Origin: Octopus sinensis
Taxonomy: Eukaryota
Length of the DNA: 64,000 nt
NCBI RefSeq assembly: GCF_006345805.1
Contig: NC_043011.1
Coordinates: 11,904,001 to 11,968,000, forward strand
Direction: 5' to 3'
The notes beneath the pieces are model-generated. The model saw only the letters and a list, made by a program, of their open reading frames with translations. It ran no database searches and had not been told where the DNA came from. The translations under genes were made by a program, and so were the position numbers. Shown piece after piece: positions 11,047 to 24,590 of this stretch. Position 1 is the first letter of the stretch. Each line of letters starts with the position of its first letter.

Positions 11047-11319
11047 GGTACTACTAGCGAACAGTGGTCCCGGTGCGCGCACACGCGCATCCGCACTAGC
11101 TAGTCCTAAGTAGTCGATCCTAAATAATTTTTAAAACTAAGTAAATAAATTATTTTTATAAACAAAGGTTAGGGTTAGGGTTAGTTTGAAGGTTAGGGTT
11201 AAAAAGTCGTTGTAGGATCGACTACTTACGACTAGCTAGCGTTGTAGGATCGACTACTTACGACTAGATGCGCGAGTGCGCGTGTGCGCGCATCGGGACC
11301 ACTGTTCGCTAGTAGTACC
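11047..11319. mobile_element. MITE family 2 (273 bp, internal TTAGGG repeats)
   Basis: 26-bp perfect TIR GGTACTACTAGCGAACAGTGGTCCCG; flanks CTATCTAAC/CTATCTATC (9-bp TSD, 8/9 match). Confidence 0.85.
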
Positions 11320-11396
11320 CTATCTATCTATCTGTCCGTTTATAGTTGTATACATTCACAAGCATACAAGTCATTATTATGTGTGTGGTGAGTGTA

Positions 11397-12706
11397 GACG
11401 CAGGTGTATCTCTGTGTTAAAAAGTTTACTTCAAATCCGTATGGTCCCGGGTTCAGTCCCGCTGCATGGTACCTTGGGCAAGTATCTTCTATTATAGCCC
11501 CGGGCTGACCAAAGCTTTGTGAGTGCATTTCGTAGACAGAAACTGAGAGACCCGTCCCAGCGTCAAACTGATATATTCACTGGGTTCATTCATTGGACGT
11601 TGGTTGTTTTTTTTATTTAATTCGTCGGTTGTCATCGATTTGCTTGTGTGTGTGTGTGCGCGCATGTGTGTGTGTGCGCATGTGTGCATGTGTGTGTGTG
11701 TGTGTGTGTGCGCGCATGTGTGTGTGTGCGCATGTGTGTGTGTGCATGTGTGTGCATGTGTGTGTGTGTGTGCGCATGTGCGTGTGTGTGTGTGTGCGCA
11801 TGTGTGTGTGTGTCTGTGTGTGCATGTGTGTGTGTGTGTGCGCATGTGTGTGTGTGTGTGCGCATGTGTGTGTGTGTCTGTGTGTGCATGTGTGTGTGTG
11901 TGTGTGCGCATGTGTGTGTGTGTGCGCGTGTGTGTGTGTCTGTGTGTGCATGTGTGTGTGTGTGCGCATGTATGTGTGTGTGTGCGCATGTGTGTGTGTG
12001 TCTGTGTGTGCATGTGTGTGCGTGCGCGCATGTGTGTGTGTGCGCATGTGTGTGTGTGTCTGTGTGTGCATGTGTGTGTGTCTTTGTGTCTGTGTTTGCC
12101 CCCTTATCACTGCTTGACAATCGACGTTGGTGTGTTTATGTCCCCTTAACTTGGCGGTTCGGCAAATGAGTCCGATACAATAAGTACAAGGCTTATGAAA
12201 TAAGTCTTGGGGCCAATTTCGTCGGCTAAAACCGGACCTTTTCGGTTTGGACGGCAGTTTTTTCTGGCAGTGTCATATGAAATTGTCACATATAATTATG
12301 TCCCTAGTATCGATCTATTGCATTTCAATCTGTTTTAGGGTTAGGGTTAGGGGTGGGGGAAGGGTATTTTTTTTTCTTCACAAATGTAAATAAACCCGAT
12401 CTGTTTCTTAAACGAGGGACATATTCATACGGCACAGAATGTTTTTTTACCTCAATAGACGTCACTGATTGGTTGAAATTGCAGAAATTGAAGGAAAACA
12501 ACAACAAATATCCTAGAATTTCCTCAATAAAGCCAAGAGAAAAATATGTTTTATAAACACATTCTACCAGTATACGAAGTTTAAATTTTTTTAGTTACCT
12601 AGAAATTATGTTAAAAACTGCCGTTCAAACCGAAATGGTCCTAAAACCCTTCAAGGTGGTGCTCCAACATGGTCGCAGTCAAATGACTGAAACGAGTAAA
12701 TAAAGA
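11397..12706 (+). mobile_element. SINE S1 with expanded internal (TG/GCAT) microsatellite, interrupted by a MITE1 copy
   Basis: S1 head ~11397-11560, body ~12070-12233, tail 12642-12706. Confidence 0.8.
12234..12641 (+). mobile_element. MITE1 copy A
   Basis: TIR variant GGACC...GGTCC; 7-bp TSD TAAAACC; inserted in SINE S1. Confidence 0.9.
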
Positions 12707-12916
12707 ATTAAAGAATGAGTGTGTGCGCGCGCTTGTGTATGTATGCTTGTAAGTATGTACGAAATTAGTCGTCTGCTCAATCAGTATCCTTTGTTTTATG
12801 CATAAATGCACTTATATTTTTAACCTAAGTGTTAGTTCTATGTATTGAGATTTTATTTGATTGGTAGGTTTTGAATATTTGTGAATATGCTATATACAAT
12901 ATATTATAATTAGGAA

Positions 12917-13025
<109 letters not shown>

Positions 13026-13308
13026 AAAGTAAATAAAAAATGAATAAAGTATGCAAATATAATAAATATAATAAAATAGAGAACTTAGGTGTTATAAGCT
13101 GTCATTCGTATATATATATATATATTTACGTGTGTATGTATGTATGTATTTGATATATATATATATATATGCATACCGCTACTGTCTATAACTACTGTCT
13201 ATAGTCAAGATAAAACTCTGAGTTTCAGATGCCGAAGTGGAAATCCACAACACCATCTCTTCGGTTATCTACACCATCTCTTCGGTTATATCTACACCAT
13301 CTCTTCGG

Positions 13309-13366
<58 letters not shown>

Positions 13367-13689
13367 GACTATAGAAGGAAAATAGACACCGGATTTTGAG
13401 GAACAAAACGATGTTCTAATCGGTATCTGATTTTTATATATTAAGCTAAGTGAATTTAGTTTAAAAACATGTGGAGGACATATCAGCTTCTCATTAAAAT
13501 ATTGTTTTCTGTAAAGAAAGATATTTAGTAATTTGGTATGCGTATCGGGTATGAAGTTGATATTTTATATATTTTTAGATAAGCCAAAGAGAGGGGAAAG
13601 AAATGAAGAATACGGTTATAAATTATCTATAATTATTTATATTTAAGGTTGGTGCACACCGGGTTAGATATATATAAATATAGATGTTA

Positions 13690-14666
13690 TTGTTAATAGC
13701 ACTAGACAGCTAGAAAGTAGGAGGATATATCGAGGTTCACATTAGAAAATTAATTACTACAAGGAAGATATTTGGTAATTTTGATGTGCAACGGGTGTGA
13801 TGTTTATATTTTGAAATAACCAATATATTTTGCGTGTGGAGTAAGGGGACACATGAAGGCCAAGTGTTCCCAGAAACACGAGGAGCAAATAATAGAGACA
13901 GACATTCAAGAAGAAAGTACAGCTGTAGCAGAGGAGAAAATGGAGGAATATACAGTGGTAGAAAGAAAGAAAAGTAACGTAGAATCTCCACTTAAAAAGA
14001 AAAGGGATCTTTTCGGTTTGAACGGCAGTTTATTCTAGCGGTGTCACATGAAATTGTCACCCATAATTATGACCCTAGTATCGATCTATTGCATTTCAAT
14101 CTGTTTTAGGGTTAGGGTTAGTTAGGGTTAGGGGTGGAGGAAGGGTATTTTTTTTTCTTCACAAATGTAAATAAACCCAATCTGTTTCTTAAACGAGGGA
14201 CATATTCATACGGCACAGAATGTTTTTTACCTCAAATACGTCAGTAATTGGTTGAAATTGCAGAAATTGAAGAAAAAAAACAACAAATATCTTACAAACT
14301 ATAGAATTTTCTCAATAAAGCCAAGAGGAAAAGATGTTTTATAAACACATTCTACCAGTATACGAAGTTTAAAATTTTTTAGTTACCTAGAAATTATGTT
14401 AAAAACTGCCGTTCAAACCGAAAAGATCCAAGAAAAGAAAGGCAGAGGAGAAAAGAAAAAAATGAAGAAAGAAAAAATGAGGAACCGACTGAAGAACGAA
14501 CCCAAAGACCGGTGCCTTCTACTAGTATGGAAGGACGGGAGAAGAAGAGGCAGGAAAGTGAGAAGGAAGGACAGGCAGAGACAAGAATCCTAACAACAGA
14601 GGTAGAGAGTGGTGAGGTACAGCAAAGAGAGAGAGAGAGAAGGAGAGAGAGTGAGAGAGAGTGAGA

Positions 14667-14709
<43 letters not shown>

Positions 14710-14945
14710 GAGGTGAGGTACAGAAGACAGAACTACCGAAGGGGAAGCACGAAAGAATGTTCGTTGCCTACAGAAAAGAGCGTAGAAATAGAGAGAAGAA
14801 TTTCTAAAATGGAAAATGTTATAAGAGTGAAACTGGCTGACACAGAGGAAAACCGAAATTTGAAAGCGGTGTTGTTGGGGGATGATAGAGCAGGAAGGTT
14901 GAAGGATATATTTGGCGACAGAGTAGAAATGACAAGATTACGAGT
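13690..14945 (+). pseudogene. Degenerate gag/ORF1-like region of a non-LTR retrotransposon, split by MITE1 copy B
   Basis: PI(Y)FACGVRGHMKAKC fits a CX2CX4HX4C knuckle with the first Cys mutated, followed by K/E-rich sequence; stops and frameshifts present. Confidence 0.45.
14005..14429 (+). mobile_element. MITE1 copy B
   Basis: ~29-bp TIR GGATCTTTTCGGTTTGAACGGCAGTTT; 8-bp TSD AAGAAAAG. Confidence 0.93.
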
Positions 14946-14948
14946 TCG

Positions 14949-15359
14949 GGATCTTTTCGGTTTGAACGGCAGTTTTTAACATAATTTCTAGGTAACTGAA
15001 AAATTTTAAACTTTGTATACTGGTAGAATGTGTTTATAAAACATCTTTTTCTCTTGGCTTTATTGAGAAAATTCTATAGTTTGTAAGATATTTGTTGTTT
15101 TTTTTCTTCAATTTCTGCAATTTCAACCAATCAATGACCGTCTATTGAGGTGAAAACATTCTGTGCCGTATGAATATGTCCCTCGTTTAAGAAACAGATT
15201 GTGTTTATTTACATTTGTGAAGAAAAAAAGATACCCTTCCCCTCACCCTCACCCTAACCCTAAAACACAATAGATCGATTCTGGGGTCATAATTATAGGT
15301 GACAATTTCATATGACACCGCTAGAAAAAACTGAACTGCCGTTCAAACCGAAAAGATCC
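14949..15359 (-). mobile_element. MITE1 copy C
   Basis: Both TIRs present; no TSD recognisable. Confidence 0.9.
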
Positions 15360-15800
15360 CCCCTCTTTATAAAGGCCATGTGCCTAAATAAAAGAAATCA
15401 GTTCGTAGTTTGGTCTTCGAAGTCCAGCTACAGTTTACAGTGCGAGTTAGTGTGTTGGGAATATTGATTGTTGGTTCGTAAAAAATCGTTGGTTCCTTGT
15501 GTGTTTCTTACAGCCGCTGTTTCTATTTTGTATTGTTATAACACTGTTACAGTGTATTCTTTATCTATCGTCGACAATATCAACCGTACAACGATATTGG
15601 AGGCGTAAGGATATAACATCTGGTATGCTTAATCTTGGGCTGGTGTTGGTTTCCAAAATCTTAAAAGTTTTTTTTGTGGAAGTGGCGCCATGTCGTAAAA
15701 TGTCCGACTTAGTGCTTAAATAATGACATTAAAAAATCAGTTACTCAAAATTTAAATTTTCTAAGATTTACTTAAGTTGTACTTGTTTCATTTATTTAAA

Positions 15801-16226
15801 GGATCTTTTCGTTTTGAACGGCAGTTTTTCCTAGCGGTGTCATACGAAATTGTCACCCATAATTATGACCCTAGTATCGATCTATTGCATTTCAATCTGT
15901 GTTTGGGTTAGTTATGGTTAGGGTTAGGGTTAGGGAAGGATATCTTTTTTTCTTCACAAATGTAAATAGACCCAATCTGTTTCTTAAATGAGGGACATAT
16001 TCATACAGCACAGAATGTTTTTAACCTTAATAGACGTCAGTGATTGGTTGAAATTGCAGAAATTGAAGAAAAAAAGCAACTAATATCTTACAAACTATAT
16101 AACTCTCTCAATAAAGCCAAGAGAAAAAGATGTTTTATAAACACATTCTACCAATATACGAAGTTTAAAAGTGTTTAGTTACGTGGAAATTATTTTAAAA
16201 AACTGCCGTTCAAACCGAAAAGATCC
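15801..16226 (+). mobile_element. MITE1 copy D
   Basis: Both TIRs present; no TSD recognisable. Confidence 0.9.
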
Positions 16227-16759
16227 CTGTCAACTCCTTTTGGGGTTTTGCTTTTTGTATCAAAGTCTCCAGATTTTGTAGCGCAGTAATATTATTATCT
16301 ATATCTAAAGGATGACGTGTGTGGGTGAAGTAATAATACTACTTAAATCTACCTACCAACACAGTGGTTAAGCTTTATTGTGTGGTATGGTTTAGAGAAC
16401 TGAATTCTGCTTCCTATATTATCTCTTCTGCATTGCCTGACTAGTCAAGTGAAACTGCATTGGTGTTTCTGCATCTACCCTTAATGTCAGTCAATTTCAT
16501 CGGCTTATGTTATAACAGCTTTTAGGTTTGGAGCACAGCAGTTCTTAATGAATAGTTTTCAGTGGGAGTGGTTAACGGTGTAACTTTTATTTATCAAGTT
16601 TAGAAAATTGCTGGCAATATTTGGCATGACTTCAAACAAAAGTATGTGAACAAATAAATTTTATCGAGTTTGTATAAGAAAGTGAAGGGTTGGAGGTGTG
16701 AGTAATCTAACCTGTGAACCGGCTAGCAGCTAAAGAGTTATTGTAATAAGAGAGCACCC

Positions 16760-17199
16760 GGATCTTTTCGGTTTGAACGGCAGTTTTTCTAGCGGTATCA
16801 TATGAAATTGTCACCCATAATTATGACCCTAGTATCGATCTATTGCATTTCAATCTGCTTTAGGGTTAGGGTTAGGGGTGAGGAGAAGGGTATCTTTTCT
16901 GTCTTCACAAATGTAAATAAACCCAATCTGTTTCTTTAAGAGGGACATATTCATACGGCACAGAATGTTGTTTACCTCAATGGACGTCAGTGATTGGTTG
17001 AAATTGCAGAAATTGAAGAAAAAAACAACAAATATCTTCAGGAGTGGCTGTGTGGTAAGTAGCTTGCTTACCAACCACATGGTTCCGGGTTCAGTCCCAC
17101 TGCGTGGCATCTTGGGCAAGTGTCTTCTGCTATAACCTCGGGCCGACCTATGCCTTGTGAGTGGATTTGGTAGACGGAAACTGAAAGAAGCCTGTCGTA

Positions 17200-17286
<87 letters not shown>

Positions 17287-17629
17287 TGTGTGTATGTTTG
17301 TGTGTCTGTGTTTGTCCCCCTAGCATTGCTTGACAACCGATGCTGGTGTATTTCCGTCCCCGTCACTTAGCGGTTCGGCAAAAGAGACCGATAGAATAAG
17401 TACTGGGCTTACAAAGAATAAGTCCCGGGGTCGATTTGCTCGACTAAAGGCGATGCTCCAGCATGGCCGCAGTCAAATGACTGAAACAAGTAAAAGAGTG
17501 AAAGAGTAAACTATAGAATTTTCTCAATAAAGCCAAGAGAGAAAGATGTTTTATAAACACATCCTACCAGTATACGAAGTTTAAAATTTTTTAGTTACCT
17601 AGAAATTATGTTAAAAACCGAAAAGATCC
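16760..17629 (+). mobile_element. MITE1 copy E containing a SINE S1 insertion
   Basis: TSD GAGCACCC/GAGCGCCC. Confidence 0.9.
17040..17507 (+). mobile_element. SINE S1 nested in MITE1 copy E
   Basis: Near-complete S1 sequence. Confidence 0.9.
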
Positions 17630-17779
17630 GAGCGCCCAGTTGAAAAGTTTTTTGTGAGATAAGAATTTGAAGATCCTCCTAGTTATGTTATAGACCTAGA
17701 AATTTAAAATCCTTGGGTAGGTGGTTGGCAGAGCAGGTATTAATGTATGATTGCTGGGTACAGGAGTGGTGGGCTGATA

Positions 17780-18519
17780 TTTGCAAGTGTCATAGTGGTA
17801 TTTGATTCATCAGAAGATGATCTTCGGAATGCACTGAATAGGTTCACGGCCGAGTGCTGCACGGTAGGGATAAAAATTAGTGTAATGAAGACCGAGATAT
17901 TGGTTCTCTCAAGAAAGCCTTCCCAGTTCCCTGTACATCACTTGAGACAAATAGAGAAGCTTAAGTAACTTCGGGACCGTATTCACGAGTGATGAGAAGC
18001 AGGAGGCTGAGTTGGATGCTAGAATTGCAAATGCTAGCACAGTAATGCGCCAGATCCAGCGTTCGATTCTTAGAAGAGGAGACATTAGGAAAAAAGCCGA
18101 ACTCGCTATTTGCAGTTCGGTTTCCGTGCCTATCTGTTCCTTTGCTCATAAATGTTGAGTAATGACAGAAAGAGTTCGATCGCGAATACAAGCGACCGAA
18201 ATGGGGTAACGTTACTGAGCGAGCTGCATATCTCAGAGATCAGGCAGTCCTTCTAGGTCAACCGCTACTTCTCCGCATTCAGAGGTCACATCTCTTTACT
18301 ACGGACATATAGTTAGAATGTCTCAGAAAAGAATCACAAGACGGATTCTTCAAGCTCAGTTAACCGACAGGAGACCTAGGAGTAGACCAAGCACAAGGAT
18401 GGTTACGCTAGGAAATCCAGCCGGAAAGTATAATGATGGTTGCTTCTGATAGGACTACGTGTCCAGGATCCTCCCAAGAATAGTGGACAGAGAAAGTGGA
18501 TGAATGGATGGATGGATGG
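17780..18519 (+). mobile_element. Degenerate RTE-clade (Expander/Rex3-like) LINE 3' fragment
   Basis: DLRNALNRFTAEC..VGIKISVMKTEILVLSRKP, ELDARIANAS and RRPRSRP in shifting frames; (GATG)n tail. Confidence 0.75.
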
Positions 18520-19567
18520 ATAAATACATTTGTGAGTAGATGTGTGAGGCATTAACTGAAAGGGAACAAGCTTAAAACCAGTTCAAATATGTTTGAAAGA
18601 TATTCGAGACTGCAGTTTACCATTGACAAAAGATCTCGCTTGAGACCAAAAGGTGTAAAAAGTACCCCAGTCATCTCAGAGTAGCCCCTATTTGACTGAG
18701 GGCTCCATGAATTTCGAACTCTAAGGTTTCATATTCACTAGATACCAAAATAGAGGAACCTTTTCTTATGAGAAATCAGACAATACTAGCATCTCTTGGC
18801 TGCCAGGCCCTCAAACATATCTGAATTGGTCTTAAGTTTGTTTACTTTTATTCAAAGCTTTGCTCATCTACTCACGAATTTGTCTTAAGTTGAAACTTAA
18901 AGCATCCCATGTATAATCAATAATCGCTTTGTGTGTGTGAGATAAAGAGAAAGAGAAAGTGATAAAGGGAAAGTGAATTAGAGAGACAAAGAGAAAAAGA
19001 AAATGGTAAAGCGAAAGAGAATTAGAGAGACAAAGAGAAAAAGAAAATGGTAAAGCGAAAGAGAATTAGAGAGACAAAGAGAGAGAGAGAGAGACCGTAA
19101 CTTTATAAAATGGAAGTACGTTTTTTTGATAGCGGGCATTTTTCATCAGTTTTCGTTTCTCTTCACCCGTGCCAAGAGCTTAATATTGGATTGGCTCCGT
19201 TAGGGTGATTTTCCTTTGGTACACCATACATACTCCCATTATGCCACACGCATAAACCAGGAACCCTATAGCAAATTTTAAAAACTATGGTTTTACTGTC
19301 TGTACGCCGAATCTCACATAATTAAAAATTCTCTTGGTACTAACAATTAGCGGAATACGAACTTACGGACACGAGTTAAGACGCTATTTTGCCCAGCTGA
19401 ATATTACGGCGGACACTGACCAATTAGCGTCAAACTTTAATCAGACACGCCAACTTTACGCACTTTCAAACATTTAACGTGTAAGCACATTAAAAGAACA
19501 GTGTCATATACACGTACACACACAACTAAAGAGACAAACTCACACAAACGCACAAACACACACATAT

Positions 19568-19632
<65 letters not shown>

Positions 19633-19755
19633 AACATTCACATACACTCATACACACACAGACACATACCACAAAGGATATACACACACAAGAACACAGA
19701 CACACGCACACACAAGTACACCGTCACACACAGACACACACACACGCACACGCAT

Positions 19756-19821
<66 letters not shown>

Positions 19822-19962
19822 CTGCAAAGGATGTACACGCATAATCACTCACAAGCAAACTTAATTCCATAAGAATCTTGTGCAAAAGGATAATCCTTCA
19901 AAACATGGGCTACAGAAATTTTTCTAGTTTTCTTTTGAAGTCTGAATCATCGGCATAATTGT

Positions 19963-20001
<39 letters not shown>

Positions 20002-20217
20002 AACTACTGCTGCTGCTGCTGCTGCTGCTTCACTTATGAGGTCAATTAACTTGACTGTAGCCTTCCTTCCAAATTTGAGCTGATGTATCTAGACCACAAG
20101 TCATTATGAACACCTTTGGTCAGTGGATAGCAAAATCGATAGATCAATGGGGAGGAGGAATGTCTGCTGTCATTTGTTTGATTTTGTTTACTATTTGAGT
20201 TCAACTCCTGTTAAAAA

Positions 20218-20584
20218 TTTATATATATAAAAGTGAGGTTGTGTGGTGTCTGTCTCCTACGATTTAGATTCCTAACTACTCCCACATTTTGCGGTGCAGT
20301 TTAACCAAAAGCGGGTATCTTATAGTCGTGATTCATATCGAGCCCTTCTGGGTATTAGCGTGCGTCAACGATGAGTCTACGATTTAAAAAAAAAATTACC
20401 ATAATTTTTTCCCATTTTTAATGCATTTTTGGCATTATTAAATCTCAGAACGTAAAAAGCTACAGTAACACCCCCCCCCTTTGTGGTTAGCCATATTGAG
20501 ATGGCTATTATACTTTACATCTCTAAAAATGCTTATATAGTTATTTCCCTTACAAACCCGAGCAACGCCGGGCGATACTGCTAG
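20218..20584 (+). mobile_element. Non-autonomous Helitron
   Basis: 5' T(T)TATATATATAAAA start; 3' GC-rich hairpin CCCGAGCAACGCCGGG ~8 nt before terminal CTAG followed by T; no TSD. Confidence 0.75.
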
Positions 20585-20897
20585 TCATTAATAATTTTGA
20601 ATCGTTTTGTACTGATATTTATATATGTTAGTTTGTAGACAATTCGCAATTTGCAGAAAAACTGATAATATTTTCAGTAGTTTGATTGAGAAGATATCGT
20701 TAAAAGGGAAAAAGTGGATGATTTTAGGCTGACGTATTCTGACAGGGGCTCTTACTAAAGTCATTGAGCCCACGGTAGTGTACGGTTCCGACAAAATATA
20801 CCCTGGAAAATTTGTGTACTGCACCTAAGAGAGAGCTACATATAAGTCTGATTCGGTTCTGAATAATTTGGATTAATCGAAACGTTAAACAGGGTTG

Positions 20898-21361
20898 GGA
20901 TGTTTTCAGTTTGAACGACAGTTTTTTCTAGCGGTGTCATATGAAATTGTCACCCATAATTATGACCCTAGTATCGATCTATTGCATTTCAATCTGTTTT
21001 AGGGTTAGGGTTAGTTAGGGTTAGGGTTAGGGTTAGGGTTAGGGATAGGGTTAGGGTTAGGGGTGGGGGGAAGGGTATCTTTTTTTCTTCACAAATGTAA
21101 ATAAACCCAATCTGTTTCTTAAACGAGGGACACATTCATACGGCACAGAATGTTGTTTACCTCAATGGACGTCATTGATTGGTTGAAATTGCAGAAATTG
21201 AAGAAAAAAAAACAACAAATATCTTACAAACTATATAATTTTCTCAATAAAGCCAAGAGAAAAAGATGTTTTATAAACACATTCTACCAGTATACGAAGT
21301 TTTAAATGTTTTAGTTACATGGAAATGATGTTAAAAACTGCCGTTCAAACCGAAAAGATCC
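20898..21361 (+). mobile_element. MITE1 copy F (longest TTAGGG run)
   Basis: TSD CAGGGTTG/CATGGTTG. Confidence 0.92.
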
Positions 21362-22556
21362 CATGGTTGAATCTAAGAAAAAAGTTCACTGGTTAGCCAA
21401 AAATTCTGAAGGCCTAATTCTGACAAAATGTCTGAGGTGTGAGAAGGTTATGTAGCATCTAATGTTTGTTTACTTAGTGAGAAGGTTATGTAACATCTAA
21501 TGTTTGTTTACTTAGTGAGAAGGTGTTACATGAGGGTGTAGCAGAATGGATTGACAAAAGCATAAATGACAAATTATTCTCTCTCTCTCTTTTATATATA
21601 GTTGTTGTTTGAACGTAGCAGAGAATATTTAGCTATAAAGATTATGTTTTAATCATTTGCTCTGATTGGCTAGTTTTTAGGCGCAATTTGTCCGCTAAAC
21701 AATTACGCCAAATTACCCAATCAACCAATCAGATGCGTTCAAATGGATCATGTGTTCTCTTGTCGGAAAAACCTTTCACATCTCTGTAGACCCTAGCAAT
21801 TTCCTTAAATAGATCAGTTTTTCTCTGCTTAGGGAGTCTAGCTTGCGTTGCTACCAGGAAGCTATTGTTCGCTTTCTCCACGTTACGACACAATGAAATT
21901 CATCACCGTCGATATCACTGCTACCAACTCTTACTGCATCTAACGCCGACAACGACATCATAATTCATCATTGCGCATGCAAACTCACTAAGTGAATATG
22001 ACTTAGCATTCCTACAGAAACCTTCATTTACCTTACACGATGTTTAATGTCATTTCACATTCAGGTTGAATTATGCAGTAATATTATGTTCTCTTCATAG
22101 AACACTTGTAATGTATGTATTACAGTTCTTTTGGTATAGAAGATTTTTGCTATTCTTGTTTATGTTTCTTCACTGACGTGTATATTCTAACAAGTCACTT
22201 CTTAAATTTCGCACCTCTCTTGTTCAATAAACACTGAGTTAAACTTGCAATGTTGTTTATTTTCTCCTTTCGATTTGTAATGTTTATTTTAGCGAGTTAC
22301 CAAACGATCAGTTTGGTCTCCCTGCTAAAAGGGGAACTGTTTATTGTTGCTAATTATATTAGTGTTTCGTTTGTTTATTATGTAGAATATGTATTGTTAA
22401 GAGTTCGTTGTTGTGTTGATAGAGTAAATAGTAGAGCAGAACGGCTAGGTTCGAACAAGAGATCCAACGCTACATCATGGAACACAAGCATAGAAATTTC
22501 AAATTAATAAATGTTATGTACAACTGTAAGATTTCGAAGAATGTGTCTATGTCTAT

Positions 22557-22622
<66 letters not shown>

Positions 22623-22624
22623 AC

Positions 22625-23044
22625 GGATCTTTTCGGTTTGAATGGCAGTTTTTAACATAATTTCTAGGTAACTAAAAAATGTTAAACTTCGTATACTGGT
22701 AGAATGTGTTTATAAAACATCTTTTTCTCTTGGCTTTATTGAGAAAATTCTATAGCTTGTAAGATATTTGTTGTTTTTTTCTTCAATTTCTGCAATTTCA
22801 ACCAATCAATGACGTCTATTGAGGTAAAAAAAACATTCTGTGCCGTATGAATATGTCCCTTGTTTAAGAAACAGAGTGAGTTTATTTACATTTGTGAAGA
22901 AAAAAAGATACCCTTCCCCCTAACCCTAACCCTAACCCTAACTAACCCTAAAACTAAAATAGATTGAAATACAATATATCGATACTAGGTGACAATTTCA
23001 TATGACACCGCTAGAAAAAACTGCCGTTCAAACCGAAAATATCC
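22625..23044 (-). mobile_element. MITE1 copy G
   Basis: 9-bp TSD CTACTACAC. Confidence 0.92.
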
Positions 23045-23101
23045 CTACTACACATACATCTATTGATATTTTTAAAACGCGAAGTGTATATAATTCCAAT
23101 G

Positions 23102-24590
23102 AACGAGGGTCGGCTGAAAAGTTCATAGACTCACCAAGATGCTCTCATGGAATATGAACAAATGAGGTTTATCTTTTAACATAGTCCCCCTATGCAGTGA
23201 ACACATTTCGTCCATCAGTGTGGCAGTGCTTGGATCCCATTGGTGAAAAAGCTTTCATCTTGCTGGTCAAAAAACTCGTCAGCAGTAAATATGACGTCAT
23301 CATCACTACGATACTAGTTCCCAGCGAAGTGTTGTTTATGTTGAGGAACAAATGATAGTTAGATGGGTCAAATCAAGAGAATTAGGAGAGGAGTCGGATC
23401 TTTTCGGTTTGAACGGCAGTTTTTTCTAGCGGTGTCATATGAAATTGCCACCCATAATTATGACCCTAGTATCGATCTATTGCATTTCAATCTATTTTAG
23501 GGTTAGGGTTAGTTAGGGTAAGGGTTAGGGTGAGGGGTGTGGGGGGAGAGTATCTTTTTTTTCTTCACAAATGTAAATAAACCCATATTCATACAGCACA
23601 GAATGTTTTTTTTTTTACTTCAATGGACGTCATTGATTGGTTGAAATTGCAGAAATTGAAGAAAAAAAAACCAACAAATATCTTACAAACTATAGAATTT
23701 TCTCAATAAAGCCAAGAGAAAAAAATGTTTAATAAACACATTCTACCAGTATACGAAGTTTAAAATTTTTTAGTTACCGAGAAATTATTTTAAAAAACTG
23801 CCGTTCAAACCGAAAAGATCCGATGGGTCAAATCAAAAGAATTAGGAGAGGAATCAACCAGTACAAAGCCACAGCCACGCACAGCAGCCATTGAAATCAA
23901 GAACTTGTGTGCTTGATGAAACAAGACTCTTTCGTCAGTTTTCCGGGGCGTTTGATCTTGATAGCCTTTCGTAACTGCCTCAGCAAGTTGGAATACTAAT
24001 CTCCATTGATGATGTGGCCCTTTTGAAGTTAGTCAATAAGCACAATGACAAAAAATCCTTTTATATCCCCAAAAACTGAGGCCATCACCTTCCCTGCAAA
24101 TGAAACGACCTTGGTTGTCTTTGGAGCTGTGAGGAGGGGTGTTCCCACTGCAGGGATTGTCTCCTTGTCTCTGGTTCAAAGTGATAAACCCGACGCTCAT
24201 CCTGAATTAGGCAACGTTCAAGAAAACCAGCTGGATCTGCCTCAAACAAAGTCAGATTTTCCAGTGATGTGATCAGCCTGGTGTGCTTTTGATCTGGCAT
24301 CAAACATGGCACCCACCAAGCAGAAACCTTCGCCATGTAAAGTTCATTGAGCAAAATATTCTCATCTCTCCCATGGGATGCTAATAGCATTGATTATTTG
24401 ATTTATAGTCGATCGCTTGTCATCCGCCACCATGTAGTGAATATGATCAATGGTGGTGGTAATTTGCGGGATGTTCAGACCTTGGGTCATCTTCAAGGCT
24501 CTCCCTTCCTCTCCTAAACTCAGATGACGATGCTGCAACACACAAAAAATGGCCACTCGACTGACTGATATAAAATTACTTCCGGGCAAT
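23102..24590 (-). mobile_element. Degenerate mariner element interrupted by MITE1 copy H
   Basis: KVSAWWVP (WVPHEL-like), FLER.LIQDE..VYHFEPETRRQS.QW; end sequence ACGAGGGTCGGCTGAAAAGTTCAT. Confidence 0.8.
23396..23821 (+). mobile_element. MITE1 copy H
   Basis: Flanked by a 34-bp direct duplication (23362-23395 / 23822-23855, 2 mismatches). Confidence 0.92.

Noticed and set aside
13250-13312. Three 21-23-bp direct repeats resembling CRISPR
   Set aside because: No spacers, no cas genes, eukaryotic context; this is a minisatellite
14941-16234. Inversion between oppositely oriented MITE1 copies C and D as the reason both lack TSDs
   Set aside because: Inner flanks are not reverse complements of the outer flanks
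21000-21065. TTAGGG run as a true telomere or fusion scar
   Set aside because: It lies inside a TIR-bounded MITE present in many dispersed copies
21438-21522. 38-bp tandem duplication, and a 44-bp one at ~18975-19080
   Set aside because: Ordinary local slippage duplications with no further structure
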